Origin: Paramecium tetraurelia
Lineage: Eukaryota
Reading direction: 5' to 3'
Length of the DNA stretch: 64,000 bases
NCBI GenBank assembly: GCA_000165425.1
Contig: CT868667.1
Span: 248,001-312,000 of the forward strand
Shown here: piece after piece, positions 1 through 13,900 of the stretch
Position numbering within the stretch: the stretch's first letter is position 1
Layout: each line of letters begins with the position of its first letter
The notes under the pieces: generated by a model
What the model saw: only the letters and a program-made list of their open reading frames with translations
Told to the model about the DNA's origin: nothing
The model's database searches: none
Translations under genes and position numbers: made by a program

Positions 1-1198
1 ATTCTTGCTCTATAATGTATCCTTAATGTATTTAAGCCTGTGTTCAAATTCTTTTTGACTCTTCAGACTAATTTTGTATTCCCCTTCCGATTAGATAAAT
101 TAGATATATTATAGTTCTTTTATGAAATTTAAAATATGCCTTGAAAATTCTCTCCTTTAGAAATAATCTCTAATTAATTCCAATGATGGTTTAAAATCTT
201 GATTCTCAATCATAATTTCTTACTGTTCTTCCAATTATAAAACTTATATAAATGCATTGAATATATTTTTGAACAATGTTGATTGTTAATTTACCTAAAT
301 CATAAAATTTGAAGGTTCTGAATAGAAAAATTATACATTCTCACTGCTATCTATATCTATATTAACATCTTCATCTGTTAATATGGTAAGAATATTCATT
401 TGGAAGTACTCCTTCCAATTCATATTATTTTGTTATTTTGATTGATCCAAAAAGTTATTAATTGTTTATTTCTACAAGTTAATTTTCTTTTAAATAATTT
501 AAAAGTCGAAGGAGTCTAAGAACTTATAGTTTATTCTTATATTTTCTGGTGATAATCCAAAGTATTTCTATAATTTAAGTACACTCATTTCAATATCACT
601 AGTCACATCAATGCACAGGCTATCATTCTATTTTTCTAGAAATTAGTAATAATGTTGATTACCTATAATATAGAAATCAAAAATCAAAAGTCTATTGGTA
701 TAAAACTATCTACTTTCTAATTGCAATTCTTTTTCGACAAGAGGGTAAAACTTATTTAAATATCTTCTTAAATTTTTAAATATGGAAGGGTCGTTTAAAT
801 CTTATGTCACGATGGAAATTTTATCCAATTTTTGAATAAATAAAAATGTATATTAAGCTTTCTGTATATTTATAAGCAATCTAATAGTATGATATTAGAT
901 ACCCATTCTTATCTTGATTTTAATGAATATCCTTGACAATATTAAATTCAATTTCAAATTCAGAATACTTCTAATGAATTGTTTCATTAAATTTATTCAT
1001 CTCTTCCTATGTAAAAATGTTCAGAACATTGAAGGTGATTTGTGGTTTGATTGCATTTTGTAATGCTGAGATGAGATCAGGCAACTCACTAACATTATAC
1101 CCTCCGTGTTTCTTAGATTGTATTGTTAAATGCCAGACACCATACATAATGAATAAGAATGCAATATAGCTGTACAAACTAATATGCCTATTTTTCAT
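1..1198 (-). CDS. Membrane protein with N-terminal TM helix and large lumenal domain, possibly GPI transamidase subunit PIG-S-like; runs off the left edge
   Basis: ATG at 1198 (MKNRHISLYSYIAFLFIMYGVWHLTI...), frame open under code 6 to position 1 with two ~22-27 nt introns. PIG-S call rests on overall architecture only. Confidence 0.5.
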
Positions 1199-2131
1199 TA
1201 AATTTATATATAATATATATAATTTCTAATTTCATTCCAGGATGCCAAATTAAAGAGCGTGTCTCTATTTTGAATAAAAATGAATCTTTGATGAGCATAT
1301 AATTATTAGTATAATAAGGATTATTTTTAGAAAGACTATCATGAAATAAATATTGTTTTATTTTATTATCTTACTAATAAAAGCAATCATTAATTATTTG
1401 AGATATTAGATGACCCATTTAATCTAAAGAGGGCCTTTATTCTAAAATAAGTTCACCAAACAATCTAATCTCAAATCTTAAGATAAAAAAAGAAATAATT
1501 AAATTTATAAGTACTGCTTTGAAAGTATAGAAAACACTATCAACTTCTAAGAGCTAAATTTCATTTGAGTGAACTGCTTTTCATAATAAGTATGATTTTT
1601 TCACTAATACTAATTCAATTGATATAAGAAATCAAAATTTTAAAGAATTGCAAATTCAATTAAAGAAAATCTATGTTTTTGAGAGGCCATATTATGGTTT
1701 AGCTTGTCTATATTGAATTATCGAAATACATTTTAATCATTGGATCATCATAGAAGGATCAGATATTTTAAATTATCTCCTAAATAAAAAATGAGTTGCA
1801 AAATCCAATTTCATATATCTAAATTAATATTTTGATACAGAAATTGTAATTAATATCATAATGAAACATTAATTAACGTTTGAAAATGTTTATTATTTAA
1901 ATATATCTAACATCATAATTAACTCCATATCATAGATTTCAAAGAATATAATAGAGCTACACTTTTAAGGAGAAATATGTTACATTCTGATCTGAATGAT
2001 AAATAATAACAAGTAGAACTATTTATTATAAACTTATGCCTATATTTACTTTAACTATTTCAAATATTATAGTAAATGATTATCAAAGGGACTGATTATT
2101 TATGAAAATCTGTATTATTTCAATTGTACAT

Positions 2132-2205
2132 GGTCGAGTAGCTCAGTTGGTTAGAGCGTTGGTCTTATGAGCCAACGGTCGCGGGTTCGATTCCCGCCCC
2201 GACCA
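2132..2205 (+). tRNA. tRNA-Ile, anticodon UAU, intronless
   Basis: Cloverleaf: D arm GCTC-AGTTGGTTA-GAGC, anticodon arm TTGGT-CT TAT GA-GCCAA, T arm GCGGG-TTCGATT-CCCGC, acceptor GGTCGAG/CCCGACC + A. Confidence 0.95.
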
Positions 2206-2206
2206 A

Positions 2207-2213
2207 TTTTTTT
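2207..2213 (+). terminator. RNA polymerase III oligo-T terminator of tRNA-Ile
   Basis: T7 run just after the tRNA 3' end. Confidence 0.7.
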
Positions 2214-3435
2214 ATTTTATATTAATTCTCCCTCCTTTTTATTTATACACACTCTAATTAATATAAACTACAAACCTTCATTTCAAATTTAGAACATTCC
2301 AATCAGAAAAGAAAATCTCATTTTGCTCCAAACTATGAATTCTTCAGCATTTGAATGATATTTTGCGATAATTATAACATATTAATGAAGTTTGTATTCG
2401 ATCAATAGTAATAGGAACTTGAATTGAAAAATATAATATATATATATAATGCAATTAATAAGCATTTAGTCATTATATCAGATGTCTCTCAATATATAAA
2501 TGTTACAGAGATTATTTGCATACATTTAAAGAAATACCATTATTAACTTTAACTATCATGTTTTTCTATAATGAAATTTTGAATGCAAAAAGCAATATTA
2601 TTTAATCTATTTATAAAATATTTATATAATTTTCTAATTTCCCTTATAAATGTAAATTAAAATTAAAAGGCTCATAAATAATTAAATCTGTAGTTAAGCA
2701 ATGAGATGATATGCAAACCAAATTTGGAATGTACAAATAAAGGGATTACAAAAGATTAAGTAGAGTGTTGATGCTGATATCATATTACTCCAAATTATAT
2801 CGATATTAGTTTAGCCAATCGTTATAATTGAGATTTCAAGCCTTTTCACTTAGAAATAAATAAGAATCAAAGTTAAAGGAATGTAAAGATTTCTTTAGAA
2901 AATAAAAATTTATTTTCACATTTATTTATAATATTTCTACATATTTTTAATGTATTACAATAATTGTAAAATATTAAATATTATTAAATTTCCTAATAAT
3001 CTACATGTTTTATAATTTTAACCCTTCTGTTTACAATCTAATTCAATTCTAAATATTGATTCAAATCAAATCTACTTATTATTTATAATTTAAATGCTTA
3101 AATAGGGTCTGATTTTGATGAAATACCATAAATTAATCATTTTCAATCATGGCGATCAGATTAAATAATGATAAAAATTTTGAAAAATTAATTTAATTAA
3201 TTTTATATAGTTATCGTCTTTGTTGATAATTAATTATAGAAATTATAGTCTACAAAAATTTAAGCCATTCGATAAAAGAGTAAGAACTTGAGAATTTTAA
3301 AGTGCGAATAAAATACATGATGTTTATCGATGGTAATTGAAGGGAAATTAGGGAGATGGGTAAATTCACAAGAAAATTATTTAGAGAAGAGGGTTACAAA
3401 CATTATTTGTTTTTATGACATAATATAATAAAATT

Positions 3436-6400
3436 ATGAAATTATCATAGATAATTTATGAATACCTGCATAGAAAATATGCAAAGACAAAACAAAAGAA
3501 CGATGATTCATACTCTAAGCAAGTAAATCGTACAATTTAATAAACAAGATTGAATTTGAAAATGGAGACACAGTGAATTTAAAGGGCTTCTCTTCTTCTG
3601 AATTAAAAAACAAAATCTCCACCATTCAATCATTGGGGAGTATTCTATGGAGGTATATGAAAAGACCATTCAATTACATTTTCCTTCTGATCAGTATCAT
3701 ATGTCTGAGCATCACTCAAAACAATTCTCAAGTTATTTTTGGATTTGTTATACCATTTCTTTTCAGCACAGTGATGTACTTGATAAAAACCTTGTATTAT
3801 ATGATTTTGGTGCACGATGAAGACAATCTAATTAACCAGAGACAAGTGATAGCGTTTAAGAAATTGAAGAAAATGATGTAAAACAAGAAAATCAGTTTAA
3901 TGGAATATGAACAAAAGGTGAATAGGACTTAATTGATTTCCACTTAAAGAGCCGATAGGGGAATGATGCCATCATCTCCATAGGCTCTGATGGAGTTGAA
4001 TGAAAGCGCTAAGATCAGTATAATAGAAACGATAAGATGGGAGGATTTGGAGATTGGAGACATAATAATATTGAAGAGGAACGAGGTTTGTCCTGCAGAT
4101 TGTCTGATACTGGAGTCGAACCAAGAAAGATTCTACGTGAATAACACATGTGTGAATGGACAGACAGATGAAGGGATAAAGGGTGCAAACGAATTAACAT
4201 CTTTGCCTAAGATGCACCAATTCAAAGGAAATGGATTCGAATACCGATTGTTGTTGAGTGGGACGGTGACATTCGATAAGGATTACAAATCTGAATCCTT
4301 TTACACTGGATTCATAAGATTGAAGAATGATCCTTAGCCTGTTGACATCAAGAAGGAGAACATTCTATATAGAGGATAACAATTACAGACTTGCGATTAT
4401 ATATACGGACTTGTTTTAAGTTGCGGTTTGAATTGCCAATATTATCATTTGACCAATTTTGAGAAGTCAACGAAATCATTCTTCGATAGTAGAGTTGATA
4501 CCTTCTACAAGTTCACGTTAATACTGATAATTGTGTTATCATTTGGATCTTGGATGATTAAATCAATCAGGTTTATTAATGATGGGTGGTAAATATAGTG
4601 CTTAGCTGATTACTTCTTGCTTTATCTGAATATGTTTCCGTATTATCTGATAGGAGTATTGGATGTATTATAAATTATTTGTTCCAGTTAGAAGATGTTT
4701 AAATTCAAAAAGCAGAAAGCAGGTCAGAACAACGAGAGTTAAGAGGAGTTCAATATCTTTTAGAATCATAAGATGGAATTAAATACTGTGTACAGTAAGT
4801 TAAATGCAACCCCTATTGCTGATTTATCATTGGTAGATTCTGTCATTTTTGACAAGACTTGTACTTTGACCATTCCACAATTTAAGATAAAATTAATTTT
4901 GATTAATGAAACATTTTATGAGATTCATAATAAAACATTTAAAAATGCAACCTAATGGAAGAAGTATCAGAAAGATGTGTTGGATAACTAGGAGATGCTC
5001 TTCATTCAAGATCAATCCTTATCCCCTAATTAAATTTCATCTATTAAGGTATCACCCCATCATAGGCCTATGAGTCCCACTAAAAGGACTTCAATCCCTG
5101 CTTGGAGATTGGAGGACAACCTAGTGAATATTGAACCTAATTTAGAGTAAGATATACGTGAGACAAGTTAATAGGATGAAGCCAATTTCAATGCTGAAGA
5201 AATTGCAGACGATCATTCCAAATTGAAAGAGATTCATAGAACAAAACCACCAAAATTGTTTTAAATTGACTCTTGGGAATCAGGAACCGATCTAGGAGGA
5301 ATGATTAATCAGCTGAATGAATAAAGGATGATTAAATCCCAATCTCCTATCAAAGAGACAGCAAGACGTAAGTTCAGTGAGAGAAGGCCAATATTAGAAA
5401 AGATGGAACCCAAAAAGAAATTATCAGCTGATCGATTTTACAAGACTGATGAATTCAACATTCAATATGAGAGACAGGATGATTTTATAAGTAATGAGAA
5501 AGAAATCTATAGTAAATCATTGACTCCAGAATACAGGGGAGTCATTGAAGAGGCACTGTTTATCCTCATCGTTTGTCATGATACTTAGACTAAGTACCTA
5601 CAGAAATTAGATTCATTATAATAGGAATTTAACAATCAAATAGATGAACTTTAAGTTAGTTTAGCTTCGAATTACGATTACAAATTTATTGGGTCTACAT
5701 TTGGTAAAAGCAAGTACATTATAGAAATTAAAGAGAATCTATTGGAAATCCCAGTAACAGTGACATAATTGGACAATACGAAATTATGTGTAACAACTTA
5801 AATTATGGATTATAATAAATTATTAGCATTTTAATTCAATGATAAATTTGAATACATACAATACATCAGAGAAGATGGTTTAGAATTGATAGAAGGGATC
5901 AATATGGATAAGGAAGATAAGGATGTTTGGAATGGGATAATCAATAAGATTATATAAAGAGGTTGTAGGCCTGTCATTTACTATAAATGCAATATGGACT
6001 AAAATGGTTATAATTTATTTGTCAAGAATCCATTGGAGGAGATTAAAAATAAAAATAATTAATTAGAAGTGATTCTAATTGTTGGGGTGTAAGAAAAGAT
6101 GAAGAAGTAATTGAAAGAAATAATCAACTATTATCATAACGCAGATATATCTATATGGATAGCCAGTGGTGATACTAAAAATAAGGTATTACCAGTTGCT
6201 TATAAATCGAACATTCTGAAGGAAAACATTCAGGTTCTAACAATAGAATCCAATGACATGATCTCTTAACAGATCAAGTAACACATTTTATGGTGTTACA
6301 ACAATTTGATTAAACAATTAAGGGAAGAGCAAAATGATAAGAAGAATAACGAAAAGCTTGGTAGTCCCAATAGTAATAAGAGAAAATCAGTAACTGTTGC

Positions 6401-9400
6401 TAGAAGAGCCAGTACAAGAGGAGTTTTAATCGGAATAAATAACAATTTATCAAAAAGTAAACCATTCTGTATAATGATTGAGGGGAAAGCTCTTGAGATC
6501 ATTGAAAACGATTAAAATTTATACCATCATTTGGCATTTTTAGTATCCTTTTGCACTCACCTAATTGGATATTCTATGAATAAGTATTAGAAGGGTGTTT
6601 TGATTAAGATCCTATAGAAAAAGTAATTGTAAAGAAGAAGAATATTAGTAGTTGGTGATGAAGCCAATGATTCAATTATCATGGAAAATTCAGATTTCGC
6701 AATACAAATATAGAATGAAAGGATTAATTAAAATAGTAAAATAGAAAAGATGGAATAAATTGAGAGACTAAAAAAAGAAAATAATACAAGCTATTCTTAA
6801 GTTACAAACAAGTTATCCAAGTATAAATAGATAAATTCAAACTATTCCAAGAAACAGATGGAGAAGTTCATCTATTCCAAAGTTAGATATATGAGTACAG
6901 CAGATCTAATTATCAAGGATATGAATAATCTAGTAACATTACTATTTTATGACAGTAGAAAACATGCAGAATTTGTGGAGAACATAATGATATATGCATT
7001 TTATAGATGCTATTTGATTATGTTTTGCCTATTTTTCCAATGTATTTTGGAAATAGAAAATGAGATTCCTCCTCTTACGTATTTCTAATCCATTATGTTT
7101 ATATTACCCTCTTTGTTGTTGTATAAGTAGTCAATCCTGAATACTCAAAATATAACAGATTTCAAACAACAAGTAGTATACTTTTATAACCAGAATTGGA
7201 TTCAATTTAGAAAGCATAAATATGGGTTGTTCATATACAAAGTCTTATTGTTCTCAATTTTTGAGTCCTTCATAATCATATTCATTCAAAAACACATAGA
7301 CTTTTTTACAAATGATGGCAGAGGTTTCGGTGATGATGCATAATCTCTGTAATTGTATACAATAATAATCTTTGTTGAATAAAGTAAATGGATCTATGAT
7401 AGTATTGTCTATTGGTGGGTCCTATTTATTATACTGTATTTGTTGACTTTAATAAGTTATATTCCAATCTTTGATGAGACATATTCATAAATTATGGAAC
7501 ACCTGATAAGTGTTCAAAGTGTTTTTTATATCATACTTATTATTCTGATTGTTTTCACACTCTAACTTTTATTGTTTTAATTCATCCCCTATACTGTTGA
7601 TAGATTGATGTTTTCAGTAAAAGACAAGATCGAAATATCTAGTTTATTGAAACCAATTGAAATTTATTATTCGAAGAAGAAGATCAATGGCTCTCTTTTA
7701 CTGAATATCTAAAAATATGCATTGAAATTATTTAAAAATGAAGATGATATGGACTCATCCATTAGATCAATGTTGTCAGGTATGGCTCTCAGTGAAAAGA
7801 GCATAAAAATCAATATGTTTACATAGCAATTCAAGAATATCCAACTGGAAACAAAATATTAATTGAATGAATCAAAATCCATTTTAGAATATTATCGATT
7901 CTACTATCCGTTGAGTTGGATGCTAGTGGAAGGAGCAATATTGCTGCAGATTTGGTTTATCAATAAGGATGAAAATTATACATGGCTATTGTATTTTTCA
8001 TTTGGATATAATGGCACCTAGATATTGATGGCTCTATTCATCTACACCTCAGTGTTTAAGAAGTACCATTTCAGGTTATCTAAAATCTTGATCCTATCCC
8101 GTCTGTTGTACAAGATAGTATATGACATCTACTTTTTCTAACAGAATGACAATTCATTAAGTGACATGCTTATTATGCAGTTGTTCATGCTGTAACCATT
8201 AATAGATGACAGACCCTTGACCATCATATTCTATTGTATCATAGTCAATATCAGTTTCATCATCAGATTCAGTGCCAACAACACCTCCATCAATTAGAAT
8301 ATCAATTAATACATCATGCTCAACTATTATCTCATAGCATTTATGCAGACAGGCTTGAGTAGTGGAATGCATTTGAGAGTGCAAAGGAATTTGAGATAGG
8401 AATTCATTGAAAATCTACAGTTGAATTAGAAAATCAATTCAATAAGTGACACTCTCTCAATTCTGATGCCAAAGTTCATCAGAAACATGATAAATCAGAG
8501 TGGAGAGTTTGACATATAGGAGAATCAAGGAGAAGTGGCAATTCTATTTTGCGATATTTGTGAATTTGATACCATAATAAAGGTGCAACAATAGAATGTG
8601 GTTCACTTACTTGACATCCTATTCAGACAATACGATTCATTGTGTAATTAATACAATCTGCAGAAGATCGAAACTGTCGGTAAGACTTACATGGCAGCTT
8701 CAGGGTTGAAGAATCTAATATCCCAAAATAATATTAACCCTGTATTTAGAGCTCTCCAAGTAGCCTTTGAAATGTAGAAATTTGCTTCATCACAGAGTTT
8801 TGGTTAGACTGAAAACATTGTAGTGAAAATTGGAGTGCATTATGGCAATGTGATTGCTGGTGTAATAGGATATCACAAGCCTCAATTTTCCTTGATTGGC
8901 GATACCGTCAATACAACCAGTAGGGTTTGTTCTACTGCTTAGGATAATCAAATCAAGATATCCGAGGAGGCATACAAGCAGGTCTCATCTTGTGTTGATT
9001 TCACTTTTACTTTGGACATTGTGGAAGCTAAAGGAAAGGGATAATTGACTACGTATTTGGTATAGGAAGTCATAAAAGAGAAGGTCTCAAGAAAGAAATT
9101 GAGGAAATTCAAAGATGATATGTAAATCTTCCTAAATCGAGAGGATTATGTAGGTAGACAAAGAAAATCTATATTTGAATTCAAGAACTCTCGAAAACCT
9201 ACTATTGTTTAATCCAGTATTAAGATAGTGACACCTTAATTGGTGTTTAAATCGAGTAACAATTTGGATAATCAGAATTTGGCATTAAATAATAGTAATA
9301 ACAATAACAATGTGTCTCAGCAACATTCTAGAGGGGAATCTGATTAATTGCAACCTCCAATAAAAGAGCAATAGGGTTAAACAATCACAGGGTAAAACCT

Positions 9401-10874
9401 AATTGAAGCCCTAGAAATTAAATTAGCCAGAGAAAACCTTGTGTTCGAAGATGCACTTGAGTTCCCATTGATTGAAGTGGATAAGGAAAAACTTAAACAA
9501 ATCCATTAATCTGAAGATGAATTTAAAGAGATGGATGTGTTGATCTTGGATAAGAGCAGATTGTACCTTGATTTTCATTCAGATGTCGATGAGGATGTCA
9601 TATAAGAGTTTTATGAGGAATTGAGACAATAAAATAAAATATTGGTAATTCTTTTGGAACTGGGAATGAGTATTCTGATACTTATCTAGAATACATCAAC
9701 CATTTTAATAGACAACATTTTCAGAGAGATTATTGTTTGGTATATTAATGTTGTGTAGGGATACTTGATTGTCTTTGTTAAATTGATTTTCATCTGCTTA
9801 TTGTTCAATGAGCAATATTGTAATCACTTTTTCAAGTAGAAGTATTTTATAGGGTTCTACATCTTTATTTTAATCTGGTGGATCATGCACATCTTTAGTG
9901 TAAAAGAAGGTATAATAGGAGAGGTTTGCATTGCTATAGGGATCTTCCTCTCTTTTTTGACTCAATTGAACCCCATAATCAAAATGAAATACAAGGTAGT
10001 GGAAAGCGTTGTTATGATCTGTATGAATATTATTGCAGCTGTGGTTAACAAATGGGATAAGTCCTTAATTTATTATGCTAGTCTACTATAACTAATATTT
10101 GTAACCAACTAAATCTACAAATTTTTGAAGAATGTAGAAGCTTACAACTAAAAATGCAAGCTAAAATACAAACATGAATAATTAGATTAGTTAGTAAAAC
10201 ATTAATTGCCTACTCACATGCTCGATTAATTTTTACAATTACAATAATCCAGAGCTGTCTTGAAGGATTAACATGAAGATGTTACTCTCTTGTTTGCTGA
10301 CATCGCTGGATTTACAGAATATTCAAGTAAAGTAGCTCCTGAATAAGTTGTATTTATGTTGAGAAATCTATTCACTGAATTCGATAAGTGTTGTCAAGAG
10401 AAGAACGTATACAAATTATACACTATTGGGGATTGTTATGTAGTCATGGGAATGGTCGATGCTAAAGACAGGAATCCAGCTTTGGAGGCTAAAAATACAG
10501 TGGAAATGGCATTCGAAATGATTAATATCATTAGAAAGGTCAGAGACAAAATTAATAATTCAGATTTACATATGAGAATCGGTATTCATACTGGTAAAAT
10601 CATTGGGGGAGTTCTTGGAACTGATATTGTGAGATATGATATCTATGGACCAGATGTGTTAATAGCCAACAAAATGGAATCCAAGAGTGAAAGAGGTTAG
10701 GTACAAGTTTCGGAAACTACAAAAAAAACATTGGAATTATGTTATCCAGAAGAATTTCAATATTAGTCGCATTGCATGGTGAAAATCCCATCAATCGATA
10801 GAAATACTGAAGGCCATTTTATTTAAATTAAGACCTTCCAAGAACCATCAATGGATTTACAGAATTTTAATTGA
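3436..10874 (+). CDS. Alveolate-type bifunctional P4-type ATPase-like / guanylyl cyclase (~2470 aa)
   Basis: ATG 3436, one 26-nt intron (3523-3548), then all + strand ORF fragments lie in one frame to TGA 10872-10874. ATPase part: WEDLEIGDIIIL..CPAD, IFDKTCTLT, SGD, VGDEAND. Two cyclase domains: ILFCDI..KIETVGKTYMA..FSLIGDTVNTTSR and LFADIAGFT..KLYTIGDCYV..RYDIYGPDVLIANKMES, each preceded by TM blocks. Confidence 0.95.
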
Positions 10875-10900
10875 TAAATATACTAATAATTATATTCATC

Positions 10901-13900
10901 TCATTTTTTGTTATGTTTCAATGCTTCTTAATAAATACCATAGAAGATGGAATCCTTTAATAATAATAATTCCTTTGTCTTGCCATACTCTTTGATTTCC
11001 CCTGCATCAACAACAATTATTCTAAAATATCAAAATTAATTATTACTTATCACAATGCAAAATAGTATTAATTCTATGAGCAATTGTAATAACAGTGCAA
11101 TCCTTGAATGCATTCAAAATTGTTTCTTATATCTTATGCTCAGTTTCAACATCAATATTTGCTGTTGCCTCGTCAATGAGAACGACTTTACTTTTTTTCA
11201 AAACAGCCCTGGCAATGCAAATTAATTACTTCTCTCCTGAACTCAGATTGTCCCCTCCTTCACTAATTTAAGTATTTAATCCATTCCTCTGCTAAGTCAA
11301 CTCCTTCAAACAACATTACTCCAAGACACTTACGATTTCTTCATCCGTTCTCTAATTTAAAGGGTCTATGTTCTCTCTTAAAGTACCATCAAAGATCGTT
11401 GAATCTTACATAATCATAGTGATATGCTCTCTAAGTTATTTTAAAGAGATAGTCGATATATCAACATTATCTATAACAATCTTGCCTTCAAGAGCCTCTA
11501 GAATTCTTAGGAGAGTTAGTGTCATAGTAGACTTACCTGCTCCAGTTCTACCTACAACTCCAATCTTATCTTAAGGATCGATCGTAAAATTTAGATTCTT
11601 CAAAGCAGGTTTCAATCCTTCTCGATACCTGACTGAATAATTATCATAGTCTATCCTTCCCTATTTCGGCCAATGATCTAAATAGTTCTCCTAATGAGAG
11701 GCTTCCTCTAAATGATTATCCACTAACTCTTTATATCCTGGTTCAGGTTCTATCTTAGTGAATGCCAAACATCTCTCAAATGAGACCAATCCCAATTACA
11801 ATTAACTAAAGGATTGAACACATTCTGAGACATTACCATCAATTTAAGTTGCATATGTCAATAGTAATCCAGCCAAAGATGGATTTGAAAAGGAGAAGAA
11901 TACACAATAAACTATTGCCATGGCATTAACAACTAAGCTTACCAATCCCAATATCAACATAAACCATGTCTATGTTCCTATTAATTCTAAAAACACTCTT
12001 CGATTTACATCCATATTGTCACAATGCTTTTCTATGAACTTACTTTCCTTTTTAAATACTCTCACATAACTCTACCCATTTATGCATTCACCAAAGAAAC
12101 TCACTATAGGACTTTTAGAGATGGATTCCAATCTTTGCAATTCTCTACTTGCTGTCACATATAATAACTAAATCCACCAACATAAACTGAAGTAAAAGAA
12201 CAAAGGGATTAACATGTAAGCAGTACTCGAGTAAACATAAATAGTCAAATTTGCTATCAATAAACTCACAGAGATGAAAAACCAACTCAAACCCCAATAT
12301 ATTTCACTATCCAATGAATTTTAATCCTTTGTTAATCTATTCAATATTCTACCCAAAGGCACTCTTTCAAAAAATGAACATTAAGGAGCATATAATAAAC
12401 AACTATCATTAATAATACTCTTTACTTTATCATTTTTGTATGGATTTTGTCAGATGTTCTTGTACCAGCAGAAACTAACAACAGAGGTCTCAGAAATGCA
12501 AATACTCCCTATCCCAATGAGAAATAAAAGTAGAATTCTAAATATTTATAATTGTCGATATTTTCATCCTCCTCTGCCTTAGATGTCCAAAGAGCAATCA
12601 GAATGGAAGTACCAAAATAGCATCCTATCCAACAAATCTATACAAAAGTCAACAAAATTATATTAAAATATCCAGTTAATTTAAAATATTATTTGTAAGT
12701 ATCTAATGCCAAATTCCCCCTTTCTCTATCTTCATCCAGCATCAATTCATTATTCTAATCATTCTTGGGCCTCCTCCTTAGATGATTCTTACTAAACTAA
12801 TTAAAGGAAGTTCCTCGACCTTCTACTCTATGGTCTCCTCATCCTCATTTTGATGTTGATTTTTGTATAACTTTTGGAATATTGAATTAAAACTAGTTGA
12901 ATTATTTAATTTCTTGGAATGTGCCCTACTCAATTACTGCTCCATTTTCCAATAAATATATGTAGTCCACATACTGTAAACTATTTAAGGCGTGGGTGAT
13001 AAGAATTCTTGTTTTATTTCTCAAATATCCATTTAAACATTCATTCATAATGAAATTACCTACATGAGCATCAACTGCACTTATTGGATCATCCAATAAT
13101 ATTATGTCAGCATCACTGTATATAGCCCTAGCCAAACTTATTCTTGCTTTTTAACCACCAGATAGGTTTATTCCCTTTTCTCCAATCATTGTCTCATCCC
13201 CTTTTATTAATATCTTCAAATCCTACGATAAACAGGAATATTTAAGTGCATTCTAGTATTTCTATTCCTTATACTCTAATCCGAATAAGATGTTTTCTTT
13301 TACAGTTAAATTTTATATCCAATATTTCTATCCTACATATGCTAATGACCCTGTTATCGTAACCTTGGGAGGATTCTCAGGGTTATACAGCATCTCCCCT
13401 ATTATCGCCTATAAAATCGAAGTCTTGCCTGCTCCCACATCTCCTATTATGCCAATCATCATCCCCTTCTTTATTTCCATATTGATATTAAATAAGACTT
13501 GTTTCTTCTCATTTTCCTTCTGACTTTATTCCTCTACTTGTAACTTTTTAGTTTTCTTTTGTTTCTTCTTCTTTTTGTTTTCTTACTCCTTCTTCTCTTA
13601 CTCGTCAATCTCTTCCTTTTTTAGTGTTGACCAATAGAAGTTACCACCCCTTATTTCAACTGATCTTTCATCTCCATAATAATCAAACTAAATGCAATCA
13701 GATTATAATTCGTCAGTAAATAAAAATTTCTATATTCTTTTTAAACTTATATTTGTAGCCATGACTTCATTGATGGCTATTGGCAATTGCAACAAAGGTT
13801 ATTGTAACATTTAGAATAAACTGATAATTGCAAAGGTACTACCAGCACTTAGTTGATGACCTAATAGAATGTGCATTAGGAAGGTCCCACACAATATTAA

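Noticed and set aside
12895..12910. AAA-TAA at the +1 break in the ABCC gene resembles the Euplotes programmed +1 frameshift motif
   Set aside because: TAA is a sense (Gln) codon here, AAATAA is very common in this AT-rich DNA, and the other frame breaks in the window lack the motif.
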